Shown: positions 34,901-46,600 of the stretch, piece by piece | Layout: each line of letters opens with the position of its first letter | Position numbering within the stretch: position 1 is the stretch's first letter | NCBI GenBank assembly: GCA_047495785.1 | Contig: JBLDXI010000054.1 | Span: 2,232,001 to 2,296,000, forward strand | DNA: 64,000 nt | From: Lepidodermella squamata | Taxonomy: Eukaryota > Animalia > Gastrotricha | Direction of reading: 5' to 3' | The notes under the pieces: generated by a model | What the model was told of the DNA's origin: nothing | What the model saw: only the letters and a program-made list of their open reading frames with translations | Databases searched by the model: none | Program-made: the position numbers and the translations under genes

Positions 34901-37318
34901 GCTTCCTTGAAGAATCGAATTGGTCGTAGTTTAATGAAGTTTGAGTGGCATCATAACCGATGCTGCCTTTCTCAGCTGCCATATCAAAACCGCGCCGAAA
35001 TACTTGCTCTGAACTGGCGTGGTTTAATTTCTGGCAATGACTGAGGTCGAACAAAAGGTGTATATATTCGAGACGACGATTTGTTGGTAAAACTGGTCAT
35101 CTGTGTAGCGTTACTTGTAGATATTTATTGTAATGAGGTGAACAATATTGGTAATTTGGCAAAGCCCATACAACATTGCAGTTTAATGTAGCATGGTACA
35201 CTGATGGATACATGTTGGCTTCGGGATACATGAGAGTATCAACCGGGGCATTGCCTAGCTGGTTTAAGTTAAGGTTCGTTCGATTAGATGGATGTGGAGT
35301 TTCATTTCCCTCCATGACCGTGAACAAACCTGGGCTGCGTATGCAACTCGCATTTTTTGAGGGTCAGTCGAGTTAATGAAGATTGCGTGAACGTGATGCC
35401 GATTTACCCGCGGTATCATGCGTCACTGTTGCTTTTTGTCCCAATCGAATAGAGCTCGAATGAGGTCCCGACAGGTTGTTTTTGACGATTCGAATTTGAC
35501 AGGTTGCTGTGCACAAAGCAGGAAGAAATCGTACCATCATCAAACTATTTATTCATTTTAAGAATCATATAATCTCTAATACGTCGTCATGCAAAAGCTC
35601 CGAGATTGGTCGTAGTTAAATGAAATTTGAGTGTCATCAGAACCGCGAGCTTTTCTCAGCTGCTAACTCAAAACTGCGCCGAAATACTTGCTCTGAACTG
35701 TCGTGGTTTAGTTTCTGGCAATGACTGAAATCGAATAAGAAATGCAAATAATCGAGGCGACGATCTGTTGGTACTGGCCATTTGTGCTGCGAACTTGGGA
35801 TATTTATCTATTAGTGCGACTTTTTCGAATTTTTTGGAATCAGGTGAACAGTATAGATAATTTGGCAAAGCCCCTGAAACACTGCCGTTTGATGTAGCGT
35901 GGTACTCTGATGGAGACATGTTAGCTTCGGGATACATGAGGGAGCATTGTCTGATATGACGGGCTGGTTTAAATCAAGGTTCGTTTGACTTGATGGATAT
36001 GGGGCTTCATTTCTCTCCAAAATTCGAAAAGGCGTTATACGCAAAGAAATTAAGTCACCGCCATTGTCATCAAACTCAAAGTTCAACCGAATGACATGAC
36101 ACGTGTGACCTAGTGAATGTGAGTCTGCTTAATTATTCTATTCGTTTATCCATGCATAAAAGTGCTGCGCAACTTATCAACATGACCTGATTCATTTGAG
36201 CCACAACTCCAATGAGTAATCTTGTCGCAAAATGGCAAAAGGCTAGAAACACTATTCTACATCATTTAATTTATTTAATCATCATTATTTCTTCAGCTTC
36301 CCCTTCTTCTTTTTTATCTACCTAGTGATAATAGAAGAAAATGAGTTGAGAAGAAGAAATCAATCACTTGTTTGAATGAAACTCACAAGCCTTGCGGTAA
36401 AATCCCTCTCGCTTACAAACTCATATTGGTTTGCGTGGACGTTTGCGGCGTTTGCTCAGCCAGCTCGAGCGACCTGTTTCGGCGCTAAATTCAAAGAACA
36501 ACAAAAAAATTAGTAGCAAATTGATAATTTAGGATTTAATCTTCACAAGCCGTGGTGGGTAACCTATTGCCAGGCATCTGCAACGTCGCTACTGGTGGTC
36601 GCTCCATTTCCAAATCACCGATGATTTCGCCCCACATTGATTAGTTGAAGAGGATTAGCAGAGGCCGATTTGAGCTGCCGAGTTACTACGCTCAAGTATG
36701 ATTCGTAAGTGAAGGATAAATACTTGTACAGCGGGCCATGAGTGGCGATGTATTCAGCCAGTTCAAAGGATATGAACGTTGAAGGTCATTGCTTCGATTC
36801 CATACAGTCTTTCAGAGTGAGGGATTCATTTTTCGCAGTCAACTTTTTCTCGACCGGTGGATTAGGTCTCAGCGCTTGGTATTTATGCGTCATACAGGTT
36901 TTCAAGAAGCTTTACGTCATCTTTAGTGTTCCGACCTGCTTTCCGTCTATAGCTCAATCGTATAGGAAAGCTTTAAACTAGGGTGAAATTATAAGACATT
37001 TTTTAATAATTTTTAGGACTTGAACATGTGCGACTGGTGGAGGAACCATTTGGCCGCGCAATCGCTTGTTTCCGCTGTAAAAAGGACGAATCACCCGAAC
37101 AGCCGCTACAAAAATGCGGCCGTTGCAAAACAGCTCAATACTGCTCGCGAGAGTGCCAAGAAAAAGACTGGGATGACCACAAACCGCGCTGCGCCAAATC
37201 AATCACCGTAAATCTAGCCAATGCCAACATTGATCCCGTCTCGTTGAAGCATCTCAAGCAACACCCACGCATTAAAAAAATCAGCCGAAACCCCGACGCG
37301 TTGGGTTTGTTCATGTGA
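31984..37318 (+). CDS. LRR-like/zf-MYND protein, copy G; exons 31984-32644 and 37017-37318 separated by a 4.37 kb intron
   Basis: Exon 1 ends QACY-G|GT at the family intron position; exon 2 resumes in phase (LEHVRLVEEPFGRAIACFRC...CGRCKTAQYCSRECQEKDWDDHKPRC). Confidence 0.82.
32870..34210. mobile_element. Non-autonomous DNA transposon with imperfect ~47-bp terminal inverted repeats
   Basis: Left end AGGGG..tta(c)cggaaccaaatttacagtgagcggaaccaaa versus the reverse complement of the right end AGGGG..tta(g)cggaaccaagttttcggtgagcggaaccaaa. AAATAA flanks both sides; three more tttggttccg copies at ~33113-33163. Confidence 0.7.
34370..34640 (-). mobile_element. Relic MuDR/FAR1-type DNA-binding domain
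   Basis: FASRGELVQAVR...VKLICKERG...*INSACKTKV...GEWTITKV resembles the Mutator F.s..el..av...C...C...W.i.k pattern; in-frame stops present. Confidence 0.5.
34900..36030 (-). repeat. Two diverged ~420-bp direct repeats with coding-like content (~34910-35325 and ~35605-36025)
   Basis: Both translate to similar peptides: (G/R)NE(T/A)P(H/Y)PS..TNL.LNQ...MYPEANM.PS.YHAT.N..V..ALPNY.YCSP. Confidence 0.8.
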
Positions 37319-37632
37319 AGCGATGATTCATTATCATTCGCGAACAAAAAATAACCGGTTAATTTTTCCAATTTTTTGTGTTGCGTGCATCAAATATTTC
37401 TTTATTGAAGACTTAATCCAATTATCTCTGTTCATGAAAGCTGTAATAAAGATAATTATCCTCACTCACGCATTTTTTCGCGGTGCGAAGATTGCGTGTT
37501 CGTGTCGCGCTGAACATATGTCACCACTAATTTGCGGCCCGTTCCGAAATTTTTTTACTAACAAATTCATTTCCCTGAATTTTTCCCCTAATTTACTTTA
37601 CCCATCTGAAAAACCGTATTTTTTGCCACATA

Positions 37633-40600
37633 ATGGGGGACCCTGAGAACCCCAAGGACTCAGGCGGTTCCCAACTGAGCGGTGACAAACCGACGGATTT
37701 TCAAATCCGCCTTAAAATTGTTCAAGCCCACCAGTTGGCCGGGTCTAACATCTCGCCGTTTTGCCGGCTGACTGTCGCTGGGACTACGCGACAGACTCGA
37801 ACGCAACAGTCGACCACATCGCCTGAATGGGACGAGAGCATTATCATCAACACGAGGAAAGCACCGGCTGAACTCGCGGCTATGAACATCGAATTCGAAG
37901 TCGTGGACGAGAAGGGTACCTTTGCGTCAAATGTCGTAATTGGAAGCTTTTCGGTAAGTCAGTGACCTGAAAAAAAGACATTTTCTTCCATTTTAATTAT
38001 TTATTAAATTTATTAAAAATTTATTTAAAATTTTTGATGTAGTTACCAGCGAGTCAAGTTTACAGCGAACCGAAACACGGTTTGCTAGATAAATGGCTGT
38101 TTTTAACCGACCCGGCTGATGGTTCAACCCATACTGGTTATCTCCGCATGTCCGCCGCTATTTTGGGGCCCGGAGATGAAGCTCCCGTAATTTTCTAAAA
38201 TTTTCTGATTTTAAGGGATTTTTTCTACCAATTTATTTGTAGGTTTTCCCGACACTCGCTAATTCGGCAGAAGAAGATTCCGAAGATATCGAATCTCATC
38301 TCCTTAAGCCGTCAAAGGCAGCTACAACTCCAGCTGAGCTTGTCCTACGAATTTATTCCGCTGAAGATTTGCCTCAAAGTAAATCATTAACAATTATTTT
38401 TTTCACACCCTAATGAAATACGATCTAAATTTTGAGAAAATTCCCCTACATAAATGAAATCGCTGAAAAATGTTTTGAAAAATTCTTTAAATTTGAAAAT
38501 TTGAGTTTTTGCGCTCGAAAAATAATGTTCCTTCTTCTCATAGTGGATCCAAGTGAGCTGATGGAGTCGATGAAGAAATTTTTCGGCTCGAAACCTAAAG
38601 AAGTTGACCAAGTCGACCCTTACGTCCTAATTAAGTTCTGCGGAAAAACCGGCAAAACCGCAATCAAAGAAGCCTGCATGTCCCCGAAATGGAACCAAGA
38701 ACTTGTCGCGAAATTTCAAGTATTATCTGCGCTTTAAATTATTACCTCTATTATCGTTATTTTTTCTAGTTACCATGCGTTTCTGATCGATTGACTATCA
38801 CCCTTCGAGACTAGTGAGTTGCTAATTTCGAGTGTTTTTGAGAAAATTCCTCATTAATTTTTTAGTGATCGAATTGGAGATGACGAAACGATAGGGACAT
38901 TTACTGTTTCATTTCGAGACATTACCCTGGGCGGGGACGGAGGTTTCCCGGTAACATTCGGCCCAACCTGGGTCAATTTCTACGGCTCGCCTCGAGAATA
39001 TTCCCTTACAAACCCGCTGAAAGAACTCGACGAAGGCAAAGGCGAGGGCGTCGCGTTTCGCGGGCGAGCTTTTCTCGAATTTTTCGTCCGACAAATCAAC
39101 CCGCCACCCGAAGAATCGGAGGAGAAAAAGGCCGAGGACGAAAACATGAAAGTCATGCTAATCAACCACGAGGACATACTGAAAACCGAGGCGTTTAACA
39201 AACGCCGCAAATTCCGGCTAATCGGCGTGGTTTACGACGCTGGTTGGCTGCCGTCGAAAGATGGGCCCGTTGAAATTGAAGCCTCGATCGGGCTATGCGG
39301 CGATAAAATCGATAAACACGCCTCACCCGCCGCGTCAACAACCGCCCCGGCTATGCCTCGTTTCGACGGATCGGCCTACTACTACCTACCCCATTTATGT
39401 TCATCCCGGAAAACTTGTTTAATGGTCGAAGCGCCGTTTGAAGATTCAGCATTTCGCCTGGAAACGATGAATTACTTCAGTAATGCTGGCAAAATTGTTA
39501 GCAAGGGCGTTAGTAAGTACGAGGCGATGGAAGCGACTGATTCAAGCGCGTTGAAAAAGGCCGCCTTAAAAAATGTCCTCGGGCAGCTGAAGGAGTATTT
39601 AACAAACACCTCGCTGCCGAAGCCTAAACAAGACCTGACGGATTTGGATAAGCATTTGAATAAACATCGGCTGCTCGTCATTGATGAGATACATAAAGAC
39701 CTCGACCGCCTTAATCATCAGTTGGATTCGTCGAAATTGGACTCGCAGGAGCGCGAAGCTGCGTTTGAGAACACCTTAAAAGAATTACGGGCGATGCGAA
39801 AAACCCTCCGAAAGTTGGGCATCGAGCTTCAAAACTCGTTCCCGGACGTTTTTGTATGGATCCTGCGCGATATGAAGCGGTTTGCCTATGCCCGAATTCC
39901 GGCCTATAGGATTTTTTTCAGTCGATGCGCGGCCTATAGCGGCAAATGGGCCGGGAAATTGCTGACACTCGAATTCAAATTTCCAACCGCCCCGTCATCG
40001 AGCGGGTCAGATTCGAGTTCGTGGGGCTTACCCGGTATTGTCCGGGCCCGGTTTTGGTTTTGTACCGACAACCGCTTCGACGAGTGGTACAAGATGTGGC
40101 CGAAGGGTAGTGTTGGCTTTTACGCACATTGCTTCGAGAACCAGGTGAAGCCTAAATTCGGCCTAGGCTGGTCGTCGGCGAAAGCGCCGAGTGATAAACG
40201 GCCCGGGTTTTCGGATGAAAGCGGCGAGTTGGATCTGGGTGACCGTAATTCGATCCACCCACCGCCTGGCTGGTGTTGGGACGACGATTGGACCCTGTCT
40301 ACCGCACTCATCGACCAGTACCAGACCGGGGATGAAAAATCAGACGCGAAGGCTGTGAATAAGGAACGATCCGCTATTGATGAGGTTTTTGAGGTTCAGA
40401 AACGGGCCCCGGATAACGCGTGGGTTAAAAATGAAGAAATGCCTTACATGAGTTCCAAGGCGGAGAAGTCGAACCCGCCGCAAGACAGCGACCCGCCCCC
40501 GCCCGGTTGGATCTGGGAGAAGCCAGCCCTGTGGAAGGTCGACACCCATCGAGCGTGCGATGACGAGGGTTGGGATTACGGTGAAGGCTCAACCGGGCCC

Positions 40601-43600
40601 TGGGAGCCGGTTGATAAGTGGTATCTGAAAATTCGCCGCCGACGTTGGATTCGAAAGCGGGTGGTAGCCGGCGAGACGACTCCATTAGTCGCGAAACCGC
40701 CGAAGGAGGCGGAAAAATTAGGCGCGGACGGGTGGGTCTACGCCCCGACCTTCGACTCGTCATCAATCAGCCCGAAAGAGCGGTCCCTAGACTGGACGCG
40801 GTGGCGGCTGTGGCGGCGTAAAATTGTCCCGAAATCTGGGACAGTTCGAGCTGCCCTGGTCGGGTCTAGCCCGAAGCCGAAACAGCCGCCTGGGTGTTTT
40901 ACGGCGAAAGCAGGTGAATCGCAGATGATATTCCCGCCCAAGGCGTTTATCGAGCTGCCTGAGTCGCATTCGTTCCAACTAAGGGCGTATATTTTCGAGG
41001 CGCGGAATTTGTTGCCGGCTAACCAGGACGGGTTTTCAGACCCGTTTGCGCTAGTTTCGTGCGCGACGTGCTCAGCGCAGACGGAGGCGTACCTGCGGCA
41101 TTTATCGCCTCGCTGGGACCAGACGCTGATTTTGGATGACATCACGGCGGCGGGCAAAATTGAGGAAATCGAGGACCACCCACCGACTGTTATGGTCGAA
41201 TTTTTCAGCCAGAATCAATTCGTAAGTGATATTGAATAATTGATGCGGAAATTAATGGGTTATTTGAATTATGAAAAGTAGCGCGATAAAGCAGACGCAT
41301 GCTGTAATTAAAATATTATCTAAAACAAATTAACCATCAAATTTTTGTGTAATATTGCGAAATCATTGGACCGTGCAATTTTAGACCTTTTGAGGCTAGA
41401 AAAAACAACACACTCTTTTCTATAAAAAAAGCTAATCACTATAAACAGAAAAGGAAAATTTTATAACTGAGAATCTATTTTGAAAATATGCAATTTTAAC
41501 AAGATTTTCGGAATTTTTTCTCGATTTTTCTGGTTTTTTTTATTTTAAAGAATTTAATGCATTCTAAATTTTATAATCATTTCTGTCTTTTCTGTGTTTT
41601 CTGTCTTTCTGTGTTTTTTGGAAAATTTTCTAAATTTTAAGCATGCTAACTTATTAAGGTGGACTATTTAGGAAACCGACGAACCCAAATTTACCGAACT
41701 AGTTGAGAGTTTCCCTGTTTCCTTTGTTTATTTCTTACTTCCTTATCTAGTTCTTTCTCATTTTCAATTATTAAAGACTGCTCCCGATTTTCTGGGCCGA
41801 TGCCGCGTAGAGCCCAGAATCCGACTGTCCCCTGACGATAATTCCGACCCAATCGAGCTCGAATGGTACGACATCACACACCCGAGCGGCGCCGAGGCCG
41901 GCCAACTGCTCGCCGCATTCGAGCTGATCCGCGTTGTCCCAGACAAAGAAATGCCGATATTGCCTACAATCCGCGGAAATGTGTACCAAGTCCCTTCCGG
42001 CATTCGACCCGTCCTCGGCCGCACAGCCGTCGAAATTCTGTGCTGGGGCGTGAGGAACATGCGAAGGTACCAGCTGGTCTCAGTCAACTCGCCTTCAATC
42101 ACCCTGGAATTGGGCGGGGTGACGAAAGAAACGCCGATTATTCGCGATTTATCGTCAACTCCGAATTTCCCGAAACCGGTTATTACGTTCGACATGGCTC
42201 TGCCGGTTAAACCCGACTATGTCCCGCCGTTGAATTTCCGAATCTGCGATAATCGTCGATTCGGCCGGAAACCGATAGTTGGCACGTGTTCAATCGCTGA
42301 TATTCGTCAATTCACCCGGGGTGACATTGAAGAGCGGTGGTTTTCAGAGCCGAGGACGCTGATTGAATTTCTCCGGCGGTTTTCGACTAATGTCTTCGTT
42401 TCGGCATCTGCGGCCGGGACGATTGGCAAAATGTCGAGGAAGAAACGGAGTGAGAGAACAAGTCCGGTTGTAGCGGCTGAGAGTGCGATGGGCAGCGGGG
42501 TGGATAAAATGAAGCTGCTGAAGCATGACGCGAATGCTACGACGAGCGAGCATCATGAGAAGAAAGAAGACGATCATGAGAAAAAACCGGTTTGTTACAA
42601 GACTATTAATTTAAGCTGGAATAGTTGGTTTATTGAACAAAAATTTAATAGTCAGTGAGCCGCTATGCGGTTCTTTGCCTTATAGATACTGATAGTTAAT
42701 TGCTATTATGTTTCATCGGTAAATGAATTTTTTTTTAAATATCATGTTTTATTTGGATTCCAGCCCGCGATTGTATAAAGCCATAACAATTTGTAACCGC
42801 TAATTGTTTTTAGGTTAGTATAAGTACAATAATGTAGCAATATTTTGTTGGAACGTGTTCGATTTTTTGTTAATTGTTGGTTTCAGTACAAGGGCTATGA
42901 ATTTAGTTGACAAATGTATAAATAGTGATAAGTATAATTTGGTAAAATTAGGTAAAATCAGGTAGAATTGTTTTCAACGTAATGTTATAGAATGATATAA
43001 TACATTGATTTTATATCGCCCTACAGAGTAATCAGTTGTGAAGAATCGTCGCAGATAGTCAGTATAAGCTGTGTTCATCAGTTTCCAGAAGTGTTTAAAG
43101 GAGGCTGACAATGTTCAATTAGAAGAATATAAAATAACGATTAGTACTGATGTCAAGATTATTAAGAACTATTAGGGTATCTGGTAAAGATGATTTATAA
43201 GAGTATCACGGATTACATCAAGTGGAGAGATTACGGTTTGGCGCGAAGGGATCAATGGTTCTTGTTCGAGGTATAGGCTGGTTTCGATTCCGGCGTCTGT
43301 ACCGACTTGTATTGCTATGAAAGTGTAATTTCGAGTGCTGTCGAAAGCGGGATTCTCATTTTTAAGTATTGAATTACAAAACTTCTGAAAAGACCCATCT
43401 CCCGCTTTCTGGCTCGCTTTCTGGCTGCTGCTGTTGCCACTGCGACCAGTTTCATTCTTCTTGCTCTTGTTGCCTGAGGATGTATTCGTCGCTTGCGTCT
43501 TGTTCTTGTTCTTACTCTATTCGCTTCCGCTGCCTTCTTTCTTCGCCGAAGCCAAGTTCTTCGCTGGCTGAAGCCAGGTATCTCTTTTGGCCGCTCTTTT

Positions 43601-46600
43601 TGCCGCTCTCGCTTTCGCTGCTTGAAGTAGAGTGAATACTCGTGGTTTTACTGACGTCTACGGGGCGAGTGTCGTCGTTGCGTTCAACTTGCGATGGTGT
43701 CGTATCGGCGTGTGATGGCGGCGCCTCGACGTCGTGCTGGAGTTTCTCTTGCTTCCGACTGAAATCCTCCTGCGCAGCAGCTATGCCTTCCAATTCACCT
43801 TTAAATTAAAAATTGAAAAATTAAAATTAGCCGGCCTGAAGACAATTCCGGTCGCGACTTCTGCGTCCCTGAACTTTACGCCCCGGCTATATTCCGTCCA
43901 AAAACATGTCGAGCATTCAACGAATTGCTGATCGGTGAAGCCATGGCGGGAACGCTGAACCAGCTCGAAACAGTGACATTGTGTGGCTTGGCCAGCTGGC
44001 CTCGTTGCGCTAACGCTCTAGAAAAATGTAGAATTGCGGATGAACTCCTAGCTTTCGCCTGAATAGGTGGTGCCTTCCTTCAAGGCTGAAATCAGAGGAA
44101 GTCGGTGCCTTGAAAAAAATAGTTTATTCATTGATGAATGATGCGAATTTATTTCGAAAAATACCTGATTCTGATTCTACTCAGCGATTTTGTACTTACT
44201 GGTGAGGTAGCCGTGAGGTTGCGCCGAAAATAATCGTACAGGTCAGCGAGGTGCCAAGAATTGAAACGTTTGTTGTAGCCAAAATATATTTTCGCAGTAC
44301 ACTCGGTTTAATAGTAAGCCTGGTCAACTCGATCGCCAGTACTCACTATGGTAGAGATTCGAGGTCGATTTCAAATAGCTATTAGAAGGTATTAGTTTGT
44401 TAGAAAGGGTAACAATCACTGTCATTCTTTATTGAAACTTCAAAATCGTCAAACGAAACTCATTAGAATTCAGGCGGCGATGAAAGCGATTATATGCGAC
44501 GGAGAACCAAATCGCAACCAGATTTCGATGTTTCGAACGTGAGGCAGAAATTGTAGCTGGAATTACTGCAAGTAAGAGTAGAGCTTTACAGGTTGATTAC
44601 GACGAATAATTAACAATTTTTACACGGCCCAGCTCGAGGATGACATTTGATGCCACATTTAACGGTTAACCTCCTCAGAAAACTGTTGTAGCCTTGGTAT
44701 TTCAGGCAATTGCATAAGATCGAATTGGTCCGTGCGGATTTCACGCAGCAGTTGAACAAACTCCTCGTAAAAAATAGGTGAAATTGGCTCGAACGCACTG
44801 CGCGATTTTGAGAGTTTCTCGCAGATACGTCTTACATAATCTGCGCCGACGTATGCTGACAAGCTGGTAAAAGTTGACGTTTTCTCGGTCCCGATTTGAG
44901 TGAAGCGGATTCGGGCTTCGGCTCGTGGCGACTAGGGTTATCGCGGCGAGGCATGCATCACTACCGAGTTGAGAGGTGCTGGCAATAGCGTCGGTAAACA
45001 GATTGTTTATCGTTTGTTTGTTGTAACTGATGAATGAGTTAAAAACGCTCGTCGCAATCAAGCCGGGGTTTGCTTCCTAAGTTCCGAGAGTGGACTTCGG
45101 TAGAGCAACAGCTATAACTGCCGTTAAATGGGACTCGAAATCCGCTGGTGTCGAATCATACTCGCGCGTGAAAAGAGCGATCTCATTTGAAAATGAGATG
45201 CTTTTTATGCTGTTCTTGTTCACCACGCGCATCCAGATTGCCCCAAAGGTCAGAATCCAGTCTAACAGGGGCAGCTTTAGGCTGAGTGGGACGTGGTGTC
45301 TGGCCTTCTTGAGAAGCATCAGCGTTTTCGAGCCGTGTAGTGGCTGTTCTTGTTGTGAGACAGCGTCGTTCGAGTTATAGACATCAGTCTTACTAGCTTG
45401 ACTGTTCCCGGGCTTGTTCAGAATAGCCATTTAGGAGTTAATGAGTAATAATTATGATTATTTTCTAAATTTTCTAAAACTTTTCTAAAAATTCTGAAAA
45501 GACAATTTTTCCCATTTCCTTAGGCTGTCGAAGCTGGAACTGTCAACTTGGCTGATGTTGACTTCTGGTCGCGTTACTACGCTTCAATACCCGGCCGGGA
45601 AGAAATGGCTGGAATCTACTGCGAACTCCACCTCGAAAAACTGACGATTTTCCCGTGTGAACTCGAAAAAGTCCCCGATTTCAACGGCTTCAACGACTTC
45701 TGCGATACGATTTCTATCAAAAAAGGCAAGAAATTCGAGGGTAAGAAGGACGACGATGACGAGGACGATGAGGCTGGCGAGTTGAAGGCAACGCTATGCG
45801 TCTATCCGTTGCCTGACGAGCAGTCTGAAGCTCCCATCGAGCCGTTTTTCGCCGATAGCATCCTGCCAGCTGTTGCGCCTGTTGATTGTGTTGTTAGGCT
45901 GTATTTGCTCGAGGCGATTGATTTACAGCCGACTGATGCGAACGGGTTGGCGGATCCTTTTGCGGAAATTCAGATTGGATCGCGCACCTTCAACAACCGC
46001 AATGAATACGTTCCTAATTGTCTGAACCCTGTTTTTGGAAAGTGAGTATGAAATATTTATGGAAAAAATAGACCGAATTAATTATCTTAAAATTGAATTG
46101 AATTTATTTAAACGAGCTGTTAAAAATCTAATAAATTAAAGACGGTTTCAATATTATAGGAACAACAGAATTGTGAATATAATTTCGAATTTGCATGAAT
46201 ATGGAATTTTTGAAAATTTTAGAAAAAATTTGCCTCACGAAGGGACTCCACCAGAACAAATGCCTTATGCTACCAAAGGAACTAGCTATCCATCTAAAAA
46301 TATATCAGATCAAAAATTGGCGCCCGCGGGAAAATTCAAAGTTCATTTGGCAGCATAAGGTGAACCTAAACTAAAAGGCACCGCAACAGCCAAACTTTTA
46401 TTGTTGCGCAACGAGAAAAATCGAAATTTTTGGCTGTTACATTGCCTTCCTTTATTTCTGGCTGTTCTAGAGTATTCCCTTTACAAACAGACCTTGAAAC
46501 TATTTTTTTAATTCAAATTTTTTCGAGTTATTCAATGCATTCGAGTGGATTTGTTTTTAGTTTCAGGTGATGGAATTTATAGGGTCAATTCTTTGAAATT

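Noticed and set aside
36600-36980. Possible tyrosine-recombinase (Crypton-like) fragment
   Set aside because: Too degraded; the catalytic R-H-R-Y residues cannot be identified.
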